From assembly GCA_038087875.1 (NCBI GenBank), contig CM075990.1:12402001-12466000 (forward strand): a stretch of DNA of 64,000 nucleotides, in the 5' to 3' direction. The DNA comes from Malacoraja senta. Its lineage: Eukaryota. Positions 37,756-51,245 of the stretch are shown in pieces (the first letter of the stretch is position 1; the number at the start of each line of letters is the position of its first letter). The notes beneath the pieces are model-generated. The model searched no databases and was not told the origin of the DNA. It saw only the letters and a list, made by a program, of their open reading frames with translations. The translations under genes were made by a program, and so were the position numbers.

Positions 37756-40700
37756 TGACAGTGTCAGAGAATGAATTGGGACTGGCTGCTGATGGGTTCG
37801 GAGGAGAGCAGAAGGGTGGCCAAACGACAATATTAGAGCATGCATTAGCACAATGAAAGAAAGAGCCAGACAGTATTAGTGCAAAGAGAGAGATGGTACC
37901 GGAATATGAATTTAGAACAGTCCTGGATCCAGCTCACATTGCTGAGCGGACACAAGTCGGTATCAAGTAAATAATATTGTTCGGTCTGGCGGATCACAAG
38001 CTGGCTGTAATGGGTGCAATTTTGTGTGTTTTGGGTGTTTACGTGAGTCTCTGTTATATCTGTCAGCTCGGTGCTGTCAGAAGCAGCAGGAACCCAGTAC
38101 TTATTCCTGTTTGCGCCTCTTGTACATTTTCCAGTAAGCTGTCCTCGACCATTTTGAATATGATTTAAATGCCTTCTCACAAGTGCATCCAGCCAGTGTC
38201 TGAAGAAGGGTCTCGACCCGAAATGTCACCCATTCTTTCTATCCAGAGATACTGCCTGTTCCGCTGAGTTACTCCAGCATTTTGTGTCTATCTTCGGTGT
38301 AAACCAGCACCTGTCATTCATTCCTACACAGTAATTTTATGTGCTGCTCTTGGTACTTGGTGAGAACTCGGTGGGCCAAAGAGTTCCATGCTGTATCTCT
38401 AATCCAAACTGGCCAAGGTTTCTTCACCTGCATTCCAACAGAGCCTTGTTTTGAATTGTTGTTATAACAGCAGGAGGCTGGGTTACGGTTCCAGAGTGTT
38501 GAAGCCATGTAAACGATTTGATGAGTTCTGGAGGGTTTTTCAGCCTCGAGATGCAAACCGAGGTTGATTGCCCTTTGACCAAGGGTTCCCAACCTGGGGT
38601 ACATTTACCCCCAGTGGGGTAAATTTGTTGATTCTGGATTTGTACATATTTTTTCTCATTGACTGACTGTGTTTGGTTCTGGTATACCAGGTATCTGTTC
38701 ATCATTAGTTGGTCATAAATAAGTGAAAATACCTTGTTATGTGCTATTAAAGTTGCCAGGGGTAAATGGGACGAAAAGGGTTGAGAACCCTTGTCTAGAC
38801 TGAGATGCAAGATTGAGAGGGTGGGCTGCTGGAATGGTGGAGAGGTTTAAGCTGACTTCTCATTTTTTTAGAATAGATAGACACAAAAAGCTGGAGTAAC
38901 TCAGCGGGTCAGACAGCATCTCTGGAGAAAAGGATTAGGTGATTATGTGATTATTCCTTTTCTCCAGAGATGCTGTCTGACATGCTGAGTTACTCCAGCT
39001 TTTTGTGTCTATCTTTGATTTAAACCGGCATCTGCCGTTCCTTCCGACACACTTCTCATTTGGAGCTACAGTGCGAAAACAGGCCCTTCGCTCCACCGAG
39101 TCCACACCAGCCAGTGATCATCGTGTGTGTGTAAAACACTAACACTATCCTACACACACTAGGGACAATATACATTTACACCAAGCCAATTAACATGCAA
39201 CCCTGCACGTCTTTGGTGTGTGGGAGCAAACCGAAGATCTCGGAGAAAACCCACGCAGGTCACGGGGAGAACGTACAAACTCCGTACAGACAGTGCCCGT
39301 AGTCAGGATTGAACCCGGGTCTCTGACGCTGTAAGGCAGCAACTCTACTGCTGTACCACCCTGGGGGCACGTGTTCTGGGGATGCAGACATGTTCTTCCT
39401 CTTCCTCTCCTCTTGTCTCCCTTTTCTGAAGATGTTGGTATTAGTATTGTCAAGAGTATTTTATTGTCATATGTACCGATAACAGAGTAATGAAATTCTG
39501 ACTTGAAGCAGCAGCACAACAGGTGTGTCAGCACAACAGGTGTGTCAGCACAACAGGTGTGTCAGCACAGTACTCAATTGATAATACAATAAGCAAAAAT
39601 AAAATCAGTGAATAAAAATACAATATAGTGCAACTCAGGCAGTTAGTTCAGTATTTAGTTAGTGTTCATAGTGTTCAACAGCCTGATGGTTGCTGAGAAG
39701 ATGCTCTTCACTGGTGTTCAATTAGTGGGTGTGGATGTTTGGAGGCAAAGGGCCTGTTTCATGGAGTCACAGAGTGATACAGTGTGGAAACAGGCCCTTC
39801 GGCCCAACTTGCCCACACCGGCCAACATGTCCCAACTACACCAGTCCCACCTGCCTGCGCTTGGTCCATAATCCTCCAAACCTGTCCTATCCATGTACCT
39901 GTCTAACTGTTCCTTAAATGTTGGGATAGTCCCTGCCTCAACTACCTCCTCTGGCAGCTTGTTCCATACACCCACCACCCTTTTGTGTGAAAAAAGCTAC
40001 CCATCAGATTCTTATTAAATCTTTTCCCCTTCACATTGAGCCCTTTGGTCCTCGATTCCCCTACTCTGGGCAAGACAGTCTGTATTCTGTGCCCAGTGAC
40101 TCCTCATCTGTTTCCTCATGACATGAGCTTTGTTTAAGTGTAGTCTGACTCTGTGGATCATCCTGTGCAAACTAGTGACTGATTCCGTGGGATACCCTAC
40201 AGCACGCTCTGATTTGGGTGAAGTTTTCAGCAGCCAATGCACCATATAAAAGCTGCACGAGATAGCCCAAACCTCAGCTGCAGACGTGCCCTTATTCAAG
40301 CCAGTGGTTTAAATATAACTTGGAACTGTGAAACCTGTCATCGCACAAGTAAAAGGGCTAAACCCCTTCTGGCAAATAAAAAGATTTTCCGGCGCATTCG
40401 ATTTTTGAAAGGAAATAACAATTTGGAGAGAGAGAGAAAATGATAGGTTAGCAGCAGAGTGCGGGTGAGATCGGCGTGTAGAATGGAGCATCGGCTTGAA
40501 TCCGAGTGGAAATGGGGGCTCGAGCAAAGCTGGCAATTGTGTGTGTGTGAGCGGGGAGAGAGAGGCCTGACAACTTCTGATGGCACTGTGCACTTCCGAC
40601 CACTCCGTGCAAACCACTTTAAAGCTTTTAAGGAAGGATATCCAAGCAGTTCCTATGGAGCAGGGCAATTTCTTTGTGAGTTAATCGCTATTTGCAAACC

Positions 40701-43700
40701 CACATCCACTGATTTATTTTTGGTAAGTATATAGAGGTCAAAAAAACATATCTGTACATCACCTGTGCCCATTGCCTGATTATCTCTCCATTCACTTTCT
40801 TTTCTAGAGAGTGAAATGTTGACTTGTGTGCATGTAATGAAAGAGCGCCATCTACAGGTTCACAAAGAACCACCAGCCAACCCAAATTATTACAATCTGT
40901 CCACCAATTCGTCCTTTTCAATTTAGTTTTCGTTTTTTTTATAAGGTACAGCATGGAAACAGGCCCGTCAACCCATCAAGTCCACACCGGCCATTGATCA
41001 CCCGATCACAGTCGTTCTGTTTTCCCACTCGGTTCCACCACTCCCTACAAGCTGGAGGGGTATGGGCCAAACGTATGCAGGTGGGACTAGTGTAGATTGG
41101 TCGGTGTGGGCAAGTTGGGCCGATAAGCTTACTGGGCCGATTAACCTTCAAACTGGCACGTCTTTGGGACGTGGCGGGAAACCAGAGCACCCAGAGGAAA
41201 CCCACGTGGTCACAGGGAAATGCAAGCAGGCAAACTCCACACAGACAGGACCCGAGGTCAGGATCAAACACGGTTTTCTGGTGCTATGAGGCAGCAGCTC
41301 TAACAGCTGTGCCATTGTGTCGTAGAGTCATTGAACGGGGAAACTGGCCCTTCGGCCCAACTTGCCCACACCGACCAATCTACACTAGTCCCACCTGCAT
41401 ACGTTTGGCCCATACCCCTCCAAATCTGTCCTATCCATGTGCCTGTCTAATTGTTTCTTAAATGTTGCAAAAGCCCCTGCCTCAACCACCTCAAGCTTCA
41501 AGTGTCGGAGAGAAGCAGATGTGACCATTCAGCCCATTGACCCTTTTCCATCATTCATTGAGATCAAGCCCAACTCCAGATGCCAACCCTTTCCCCATAT
41601 TCCTTACTGTCTTGACAAATGTTGTTCGGTCTTATCTTTGAAAATAATCAATTGCCATTTGTGAAGGTGGATTCCAAAACCCTCCGTGTTTCTTGAACTC
41701 ACTCCGATTTTTCAATGTTGACCTTCACTGCCCAGCTTGTGAAAATGCTCTCTGTTCATCTAGCTTATTAGCTCTTGAAAAATGCAGTCAAATCACCCAA
41801 TAACCAAAATCCAAGAGGATAATCCCAGGTTAAGTCTGTGCACTGGAGAAAGGACTCTGATAAAAAGCTGCACGATATAGGTGGAATTCAATCCTCCTCT
41901 GAAATCCATTCCTGCAATGCATTTGAGCTGAAGGGCAAGAAAGTTTTTTTTTTAAAACACATTCACACATGCTACTGATTGGTGTGCAAATGTGTGTATG
42001 TGTAGCCACACAGTGGGACAGGCGTATGCATGAATTCGAAGGATGGTGTGTGCAAAATGTATGGAATAAGCAAACTAAACAAGGGCTTCTCCCTGGTGCT
42101 CAGTAATAATATTTAAGGTCAGGCATTCCAAAAAATAAATGCACTTTCCTTTTGAAGTTTATTAGGTCTAAAAACACCCCTGGGTGAGTGTACTGGCAAC
42201 TGTTTATGTTTTATGTTTTTGACGACGAGTTTTTAGAGCAGATTCAAGGCAGGGAAAAAGCATTATAATAATCACGGCCTTATAAGACTGATACCCAAAG
42301 CAGAATGGATTATCTTCGGTATAACGGAAGATGGTCCAGAACTAAATGTGTTTCAAAAGAAACTAATGGACTATGCGTTAATAACTGGAAAAAAGCTAAT
42401 TCTAAAATTTTGGAAGAAGGCTCCAATACCAACTATAAATATGTGGATTTCAAATATGTTTGAAACATTACACCTAGAAGAGATAAGACTCCTCCTAGCA
42501 GGTAAACCAGATCATTTCCACCTGACGTGGTCTGCATTTATAGAATTATTACAAACATAAGGTGCAAAAGTACTTAAAAAAAAAAAAAAATTGAGGTCAG
42601 GTAAGGGGGGATGATAGTTGAAGAGTTGGTATGTCCCATTTGCGTAATGCTCATAAAAATATTTGTTTCTCTCTTTTTCCTCTTTCTCTCTTTCTTTTTT
42701 TCCTAGGGTCTATTTCTTAACTCTTTTTCTTTTGTTTTTAATTTTGCTCTTATAGGGTCTTTGTCCTTTTTTGTTGTCACATTTCCTACACTTCCACTTT
42801 TTCCTTCACTTTCTTCTTTCTTTCAATCTTTTCCTTTTCTAGTGTAAAAAATAAATGGAGTACATTAATTGTAAGAAGATATAAATGACAAGTACTAATG
42901 TATGTGGTTGTAATGTAATGTACTTCTAATAAATACAAATTTTAAAAAAAATAAAAAATAAAAAAAAATCACGGCCTTACTATTGTACTCAAACGAATCC
43001 TATTTATTCTCCTCATCGTTGCCATCAACTGAACCAACCTTTCCTCAGGCCAGATTCCACCAGCCATCGGCTAGCAATGGGCAATTTGCCTCCAAACCTG
43101 CCAACCCACTTCTCTTTGAGTGTGGGAGGAAACCATCATAGTCACAGCGGAAATGTCCAAATTCCGCGCAGAAGTGAATCGGGTTTCATTTATATTCCAT
43201 GACTTTACCGCACCTTATTTTTCCTTATTCATCAAACCATCATCTGCAGTATGACTGATTGTAATAAAAACAACTTGACTGATTGTAAAAAATAAACACC
43301 TGAGGACGTGCAGAGGTCCTGAAAGAAGGGAAATGTTTTTTCAATTTTTTTCCCCCGATGACTCATGGCCGATAAAAAACAAACAAGTTAAAGTAGTTGG
43401 AATCTGGAATTCACGGCCCGTATGGTTCTCCATAGGGGAACTGGAAAATAAATGGTGAGGAAAACTCTTCAAGCCAACAGAGAAGATGCTGGAGGACTGA
43501 TCTAGTGCATCGCTCTAGTGGAGAACTAGTATCGTCACAATGGGCCGAATGGACTCATTTTGTGGTGTAATCATCTCATGATTCTAAAAGCAGATTTCTT
43601 AGATGACGGGCTTATATGTGTCATGTTTGCCCATGAAACAATTGCATTGACTTGCGCTTGTAATCCATGGCTTTCATCATGAACAAACAAATGCAGTACA

Positions 43701-44367
43701 TTACAGCTGCCAGATGATGGTGGCCTAAGATTCTTTGACAGGGAATCACAAACTACGAGTATGTCTATGAATTCCCACGACTATTTCGATGCCCTCCTTA
43801 CAAGTAAAATGTTGCAATTTCTTTCATCCCGACCATTTTTTTACTCGTGGACATTTTTTATCGGGCTCGAAAAAACGTCCCGACTTACCTGATGCCCCGA
43901 GTACCTACGGCTGGCGTAACGAGCCGCTACGATATATCTACGGACTCCTACGGACCCGTTACGAACATTCTGCGAGTTTGAATCAAGGGGAAAACTCGGG
44001 AGAATTCGTGAATAACCCGTGAAAGTGGGACAGGCCCTTTAGAGTTGTTTTTGACAGGAGGGGCGGCACGGTGGCGCAACGGTAGAGTTGCCATCTTACA
44101 GCGCTTTACAGTGCCGGAGACCCGGGTTCGATCCTGACCACGGGTGCTGTCTGTATGGAGTTTGTTCGTTCTTCCGTGGGTTTTCTCTGTTGTTTTTGAC
44201 AGGGCTGAAGCTTGCAAATGCAAATTCTTTTGTTCTTGTGGATTGCAGCTGATTAGAGTTTCTGCATGTGTGAAAACCTGGCTTTGAAGCACGTCCGAGC
44301 AGCTAGAAGCTGCCTCCTGTTGTTGCAGGTGTTTTTGCTGAATCTGTCTTTACTCTTGTTTTAATAG

Positions 44368-44428
44368 GTGGAAGCTACTGATGCAGATGAAGGAGATAAT
44401 GGGAAGATTTGGTACAGAATCCTCTCAG
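44368..44428 (+). CDS. CDH23: Cadherin-23 61-nt exon, copy 2 (inside duplicated block)
   Basis: Same sequence and splice sites as 31395-31455. Confidence 0.9.
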
Positions 44429-47400
44429 GTAACGTTAAGCTGCTCCTCCACCATTTGCCTGACCTGGCATGAAGCGTTAGAATCTAATTTGAGGGTCTGT
44501 TTTTGCTGGAAGCAGATGTTTTCCACAGAGTTTGGCCATGTGGATTCACAGGCTAGACAGAAGGGTCACATCAGTTTAACTAGCATCAATATCAGAATCT
44601 CTTTCAGGTGTTCTTACATTGTCAGCCACGGCTCAGCCAGATTCCACTTTCAGGGAGTCTGAAGGTTGTGACTTCAAGACCCTCTCTAGTAGGTGTCCTG
44701 CCTAATCTAGACTGTCTGGGAAACAGCTGCACGGTATCGTTTAGTTCAGAGATACAGCGCGGAAACAGGCCCTTCAGCCCACCAAGTCCACGTCGGCCAG
44801 CGATCGATCCCCAAACACTAACACTATCCTACACACACTGGGGATAATTTACAATTTTACCAAATTAGCTTACGTTTGTATGCCTTTGAAGTTTGGGAGG
44901 AAACCGGAGCACCAAGAGAAATCCCCACACAGCTCACGGGGAGAACGTACAAACTCTGTACAGGATCGAACCCGGGTCTCTGGCGCTGTAAAAGCCCTGT
45001 CTCACGGTGCAAGTTGACCCACGAGGTACCCCGAGCGAAAGACTCGTGGTTGTGCACGAGATTCCAAGTGTATGCTCAAGAGTTTAACCGAGTTCCCACG
45101 GGTATGACTCAAGTTTGCCGTTAACTGTCATTTCTGCGATGTTCCAAGTTCGTCTCCCGAGTTAACAAGTTCCTTTCCCGAGTTACCCTTGAGCCAACCT
45201 TCAATGAAGGTCTGTTTTAATAAGCAACATCTCCATCCTGCGGCTTTGAAGGCTGCATCTATTGATGTGACCTACAAAGGGAAAATGCGCACCGTCCAGT
45301 GCCAGGGCAGTTATACTGATGATTTGTTTGAAACACACATCACGTAGTTAGAAGACCAGCAGGCGGAGGTTTGCTATATTTTAATTGAATTTACTGCCAG
45401 GTCTACACACTGCGGGGAGGCTGAAGATGAAATCTTTGAATGTGCACGGATGCGCACATCAGATTGTTGGGAGACGGAGCTCAGGGTTCGCCTCCTGAGC
45501 TGCTTTGGTGCCCAGGCGTGAGTTGAGGTGGAGGGAGGTTGGGGGGTCAGGTTAAACTCACCCATTTGACAGAGGCAGAGGATTACGAGGATCCAGCGAG
45601 ACTCGGACTGCATGGAGAGCCGAGACTGCCCCGCTGGTGGCCAACTTCCCCTGTCCTCCGTTGCCGCTCCCAGCCGGCCGGCAGGAGCTATGCATGGAGC
45701 CCGCCACCGGAGTCGTGTCTGATTGCCTGGGCAGCCTGAGGCAGATGCGCCCTGCCCGGGGAGAGCCCGCGGAGAGACTGCGGGGGGAGTACCTCACTCT
45801 GACTGTGATAGGGAGAGACAGAGGCACACACACACACACACACACAGTGTGGAGTTCCTCTGACTGACTAACTGTGTGTGGGTGTGGGGGTGGGACAGAG
45901 AGAGAGACACACACACACAGGCAGCGTGGAGTACCTTTAACTGTGTGTGGGAGAGAGAGACAGAGGCAGACACACACACACAACGGGCAGTGTGTACCTC
46001 AGTCTGTGTGTGTGTGAAGGGGGAGAGAGAGAGACAGAGACAGTGTGGACCTCTGACTGTGTATGAAGGAGAGAGGGGGAGAGAGGGAGAGAGAGAGGCA
46101 CAGAGGCAGTGTGGTGTACTTCGGCGTGACTGTGGGGGAGAGAGAAAGAGCGCACAGGACCTCGGTCTATCTGTGTGTGTGGGAGGGAAGAGAGACTAAG
46201 CAGAATACATCGGTCCTATTGTGTGCGCGGGGAGAAAGAGAGAGGTGGGGGGGAGAAAGAGAGAGGTGGGGGGGGAGAAAGAGAAATGGGGAGAGACGTG
46301 TATATACACACACAAAGCAGAGTTTACTGTGTATGTGGGAGACACAGATGGACTTACCTCGGTCTTACTGTGTGTGGGAGAGGGGGAGAAAGAGACGTAC
46401 ACTCACAGGGGCAGAGTCTCTCAGCCTGTGTGAGAGGGAGGGAGAGAGAGAGAGAGACACACACACACAAGGTGGATGTTAAATCTCACCTGCCTGTTTC
46501 AGTGACAGGCAGCCGCCGCCAGTGAAGGAAGACACCCCCATCTGTCTCCCCCTCCTCTCCCTCCACTCTCCACCCTCCCTCCTCCCACCCCCCCCCCCCC
46601 CCCCAATTTGGAAATGTCATCCCATCACCCATTCCTTCTCTCCAGAGATGCTGCCTGCCCGCTGAGTTAAAGAGTTCCCACGGTAGACTCACGAGTCACT
46701 AAGGTAAACGCACGGGCCACTACGTTCTTACAACGTGTTTAAATGTTTCACATTTTAACCTCAAGAGTACATTTTACTCGTGGAAAAGTTTAAACATGTT
46801 TGAATTTTTCCAAGAGTTAACAAGTGTCACGGGTACCGCCAAGAGTCGCTAAGTGCGTCCACGGGTTCCGACGTTCCCGCTACGTTAATCGTACGTGATT
46901 ACCACGACTTAAATTTGTTTTAAGCTCGGGGTACCTCGTGGGTCAACTCGCACCATGAGACAGGGGTTTAAGGCAGTAACTCTACCGTGCCACCCTTAGC
47001 AAGCCCCTATTCCGTCTATATGTCAGTTGTAAGTGTTCAGAGATACCGCGTAAATGTAGCCCAGAGCTTATCTCTCTCCTGGGGGAGCTCAGTGTCAGAT
47101 CTTTGTCTATGTTACAGCTTTAAAGAGCTGTCTGACATCTTACTACATTAAAGATTGCATTAATACAACTTGTCGGAGTCTTTAAAAGGTTTGGAAGGCC
47201 CCTCTGTTAAATGCAAACTTGCAGGCACTGGATGGCACACGATGGAATTCACTTTCATGAGCAGAGAAACAGTAATAAAACTGTCTCATCTGATTCCCGA
47301 GACGTGTTTTCCTGCAGGCAGTGTTTTGTATTTTGATCCTGCTGCTACTTAACCATGTTCCCTTTGATTTTTTAACGTCTATCTAAATAGTTGCTGGTGA

Positions 47401-48410
47401 CTTTCTTTACTCACCCAGCTTCCTGCAAACTATTAACAAGCAGTTAAACGCTGACCTATGACAATTGAACATTCTTGACTAACCTTACAAGGTGAAAAAG
47501 CCTTCATTATACACTTGCTTCCAAAACCTAAGCCTTCACATTTATTTTACATTGAACGGCATCTGCCACTATTTGCCTATCCTGCAGCCTATTTTTGTCT
47601 TGTCTTTGTTTCCTTCCCCAGAGATTTATCAGACATTTCATCAGTTGAGACTACCATTTTTTATTGTGTAGGAAGGAACTGCAGGTGCTGGTTTACACCG
47701 AAGATAGACACACAATGCTGGAGTACCTCAGCGGGACAGGCAGCACCTCTGGGGAGAAGGAATGGGTGACTTGTCGGGTCAGTCTGAAGAAGGGTCTCAA
47801 CCCGAAACTTCACCCATTCCTTCTCTCCAGAGATGCTGCCTGTCCCACTGAGTTACTCCAACATTTTGTGCCTATCTTCATTTTTTAAATTGTTGGATAA
47901 GAGATCTGTAGAGCGATTAAACCCATGAAATAGTCATCGGTATCATCCTTCGGCTAATTACTATAGTCCGACAAGACACAGCAGAACACAGTCTCCTGGC
48001 CTGCTGAGCTGCTCAGAATTGTAGCATCAACAGTCTCTTGTGTGTCTGTTTTACAAGTTGCAAGGTAACTTTAGAAGTAAATTGGAACTTTCCGCCAACT
48101 ATAGAAAGAAAAAGAAAAAAAAGTATGATATGATGCTATTTCTGCCATTGGCATGAGTAAATGCTCTTTTTCCAAGAAATAGATAAAGGCTTTGTTTATC
48201 AGTAACATAGGCTTCCGGGAACTCTAATGTTGTAATGCAATTGTAGACCTGATACAGGCTGCATCCTGTACCATGGAATATCCCACTGCTTCCTCGGATG
48301 TCAACAAGAAAATAAATTATTGCCCTTAACAGTATGAGGGATAGATAGCCAAGGATACATATTTTTAGCTTTGAAACTAATGGCGTGATGTGTGTGGTTT
48401 TGTTTTTCAG

Positions 48411-48559
48411 GAAATTCCATTGATAACTTCCGGATGGACCAAGGCACCGGACTCATCTCCAGAGGAACCCACCCTCTGGACCGAGAGGGCAGCACCACCC
48501 ATGTGCTGGAGGTGGAGGCCTACAACAGTGACTTTGGGAGGATGCGGAGCTCTGTCAGA
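48411..48559 (+). CDS. CDH23: Cadherin-23 149-nt exon, copy 2
   Basis: Same as 35440-35588 except a synonymous Ser codon, TCT (48551-48553) versus TCA (35580-35582). Confidence 0.93.
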
Positions 48560-49399
48560 GTAAGAGCTCAATGCTTGCTCATAAGTATCTTTTGTTTTAG
48601 TTTAGTTTAGAGATACAGCACGGAAACAGGTGTATGGAACGAGCTGCCGGAGGAAGTAGTTGAGGCAGGTACGGTTGCAATGTTTAAGAAACATTAGACA
48701 GGTACATGGATAGGACAGGTTTGGAGGGATATGGACCAAACACAGGCAGATGGGACTAGTGTAGTTGGGACATGTTGGTCGGTGTGGGCAAGTTGGGCCG
48801 AAGGGCCTGTTTGCACACTCTATGTTATATATAAGCATCTGATCATGACTGCCGCAGTCAAATCTGGATCATGTCACCATTGACAATGCAGGACTCCATC
48901 AGTCATTTTAAATTTCAGTTTTCAAATTTCCAGAGCAGGATTTGAAACCCAAAATCTATCGGGGAGTCAAAAGTGTTACCCGCAGCTGTAGGAGCACCCA
49001 CTCCTGCCTCACTCGGATACTGCATTAGGTTTGCCATTCTCGTTAATATTCTCCCATCCTCTTCAAGGCAGTAAACTATTAAATGGCACACAAAGAGCTG
49101 GAGTAACTCAGTGGGTCAGGCAGCCTTTGTGGAAGACATGGACAGGTGACGTTTCAGGTCAGGACCTTTCTTCAGTCTGAAACATCACCTGTCTATATCC
49201 TCCACAGATGCTGCCAGATGTGATACTTTCCTCCAGCACTTTGTGTTTTGCACAAGACTCCAGTGTCTGCAGTTCCTTGTTTCTCCAACTGTTAAGTTAT
49301 GCTGTGGGTGTGGCTTCAAAGGGATAACCGAATGCACGATAATCCTGTCATCTGCTTCTCTTGTCTTTCCATGCCCTTGTCTTGGCCTTCCTTGCCCAG

Positions 49400-49535
49400 G
49401 TCATCGTGTATGTGGAGGATGTGAATGATGAGACGCCAGTCTTTACCCAGCTGCAGTACAACCGGCTCGGCCTGCGAGAAACAGCAGGGATCGGCACGTC
49501 GGTCATTGTGGTCCGGGCGAGCGATGGGGATACAG
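49400..49535 (+). CDS. CDH23: Cadherin-23 136-nt exon, copy 2
   Basis: Same sequence and splice sites as 36429-36564; its phase-1 end fits the next exon at 50846. Confidence 0.93.
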
Positions 49536-49834
49536 GTAACGCTCTCCTCCCAAGCCAGCATTGGCCTTTCCTCAGCCCCAGGTTGAATAAACAGGAATAA
49601 CTTTGAAATAGATTAGCTATGGAAGGACAGGGACCGTGCGCAGGCTGATGAGATTAGTATCTCAAGTGTTCCAAACATATTTATCACCGCATGATTGGAA
49701 CTAGAGTCAAAATTGGGATAAACAAATTCAGATTGTAACTTCCATCCCCTTCATGGCAGTTAGCAGATGTGGGCAATGGCTCCACTCTTGCCATTTATGT
49801 AAGAATGCAAGAAAATCACAGGTATAGTTGATCA

Positions 49835-50000
49835 AAGTGCTGGAGAAACTCAGCGGGTGCAGCAGCATCTATGGAGCGAAGGAAATAGGCAACCGAAACG
49901 TTGCCTATTTCCTTCGCTCCATAGATGCTGCTGCACCCGCTGAGTTTCTCCAGCACTTTTGTCTACCTTCGATTTTCCAGCATCTGCAGTTCCTTCCTAA
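49835..50000. mobile_element. Palindromic Penelope-derived element with 17-bp TSD
   Basis: ACAGGTATAGTTGATCA at 49818-49834 and 50001-50017. Confidence 0.85.
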
Positions 50001-50221
50001 ACAGGTATAGTTGATCATTTGACCCCTTTAATCTGCTCTGCCATTCAACAAAATTGTGGCTGATCTATCTCAAATACCATTCTCCTGCCCTATCTCACTA
50101 GTAAACTGAATATAGAATAGTACAGCCAAGGAACAGGCTCTTCTTCTCACAGAAACATAGAAAATAGGTGCAGGAGTAGGCCATTTGGCTCTTCGAGCCA
50201 GCACCGCCATTCAACATGATC

Positions 50222-50657
50222 TTCTTCTGTCGTGTGTCTTTTAGACCTGCAGCTCCGTTGAGGCGAGCCAGGACAACGTGTCATCGTCCAGGTCAATCAG
50301 ACCTCGTTCACCATTCGGTGGCTGGTGTTTGGAGCAACTGGTGACAATGTGCTCCACTGTCTGTGTTGGGTCCCCACACTCGCAGGAGGCGCTGTCCACG
50401 AGGCCCCACCTCGTCATCGCTACTCCATAGCGTCCGATGCCTGTCCTCAAGCGGTTGAGGTTGTCCACTGCTTCCGGGGCAGGTCCTGGCCGGGGACGTC
50501 CATGGGGTCATCGATGTAATGGTGTAGCCTAGATGGTTCCGCTGACTTCCACTGGTCTCTCCATCTCGTCTTGACCCAGGCAGCCTTAGAAGCGTCAGCC
50601 GGTGTTGTGCAGAGCAGCTCTTGGGCTTGCGTGGCAAAGGGGTGCCGTGACTTGAGG
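50222..50657 (-). mobile_element. Vingi/Ingi-like non-LTR retrotransposon 3' end inserted in a CR1 tail
   Basis: LKSRHPF...PGQDLPRKQW(fs)LNRLRTG.GR...WG...CECG...QTVEHIVTSC; GAAGAA tail; 13-bp TSD ATTCAACATGATC / ATTCAATATGATC (50209-50221, 50658-50670). Confidence 0.75.
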
Positions 50658-50845
50658 ATTCAATATGATCATGGCTGATCATCCAAAATCCTGCTTTCTC
50701 CCCATCTCCCTTGATTCAGTTAGCCCTCAGAGTGATATCTAACTATCTCTTAAATACATCCAGTGAATTGGCTTCCACTGCCTTCTGTGGCAGGGAATTC
50801 CACAGATTAATTGAACAGGGTGACAGGGATTTCTCATCATTCCAG

Positions 50846-51234
50846 GTGATGGAGGTACAGTGGCCTATGCCATTTTGAGTGGATCGGACGGGAAGTTTTC
50901 CATTGACGAGAGCACAGGTCTGATCACCACTGTGGATTACTTGGACTACGAAAGCAGCACCAGTTACCTGATGAACGTCTCTGCCATGGACCAGACCACA
51001 CCTTACAACAGGGGTCACTGCACTGTGTACGTCACCCTGTTAAATGAATTGGATGAACCTGTGCAGTTTACAAATCTAGTGTATGAAGCCACCATTACAG
51101 AGAACATCGCCACTGGGACTGAGGTGGTTCAGATTCAAGCCCGTTCTGCTGACAACATGAACATCATCACCTACAGATTCGACCCGGACACGTCTGCGCA
51201 AACACTGTCCCTGTTCCAGATAAACAGAGTTACT
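50846..51234 (+). CDS. CDH23: Cadherin-23 internal exon (389 nt); (G)DGGTVAYAILSGSDGKFSIDESTGLITTVDYLDYE...LLNELDEPVQF...LFQINRVT
   Basis: catcattccag| ... |gtgagt, phase 1 to 0, open frame. LDYE and CDH23-characteristic NELDE motifs. Confidence 0.96.
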
Positions 51235-51245
51235 GTGAGTATACA

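Larger units (their letters stand above)
36926..49572 (+). repeat. Copy B of ~12.65 kb near-identical tandem block
   Basis: Starts right after the gap at AAAGTGCAAACTCC (=23943); identity ends at TGGCCTTTCCT (=36601). Confidence 0.95.
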
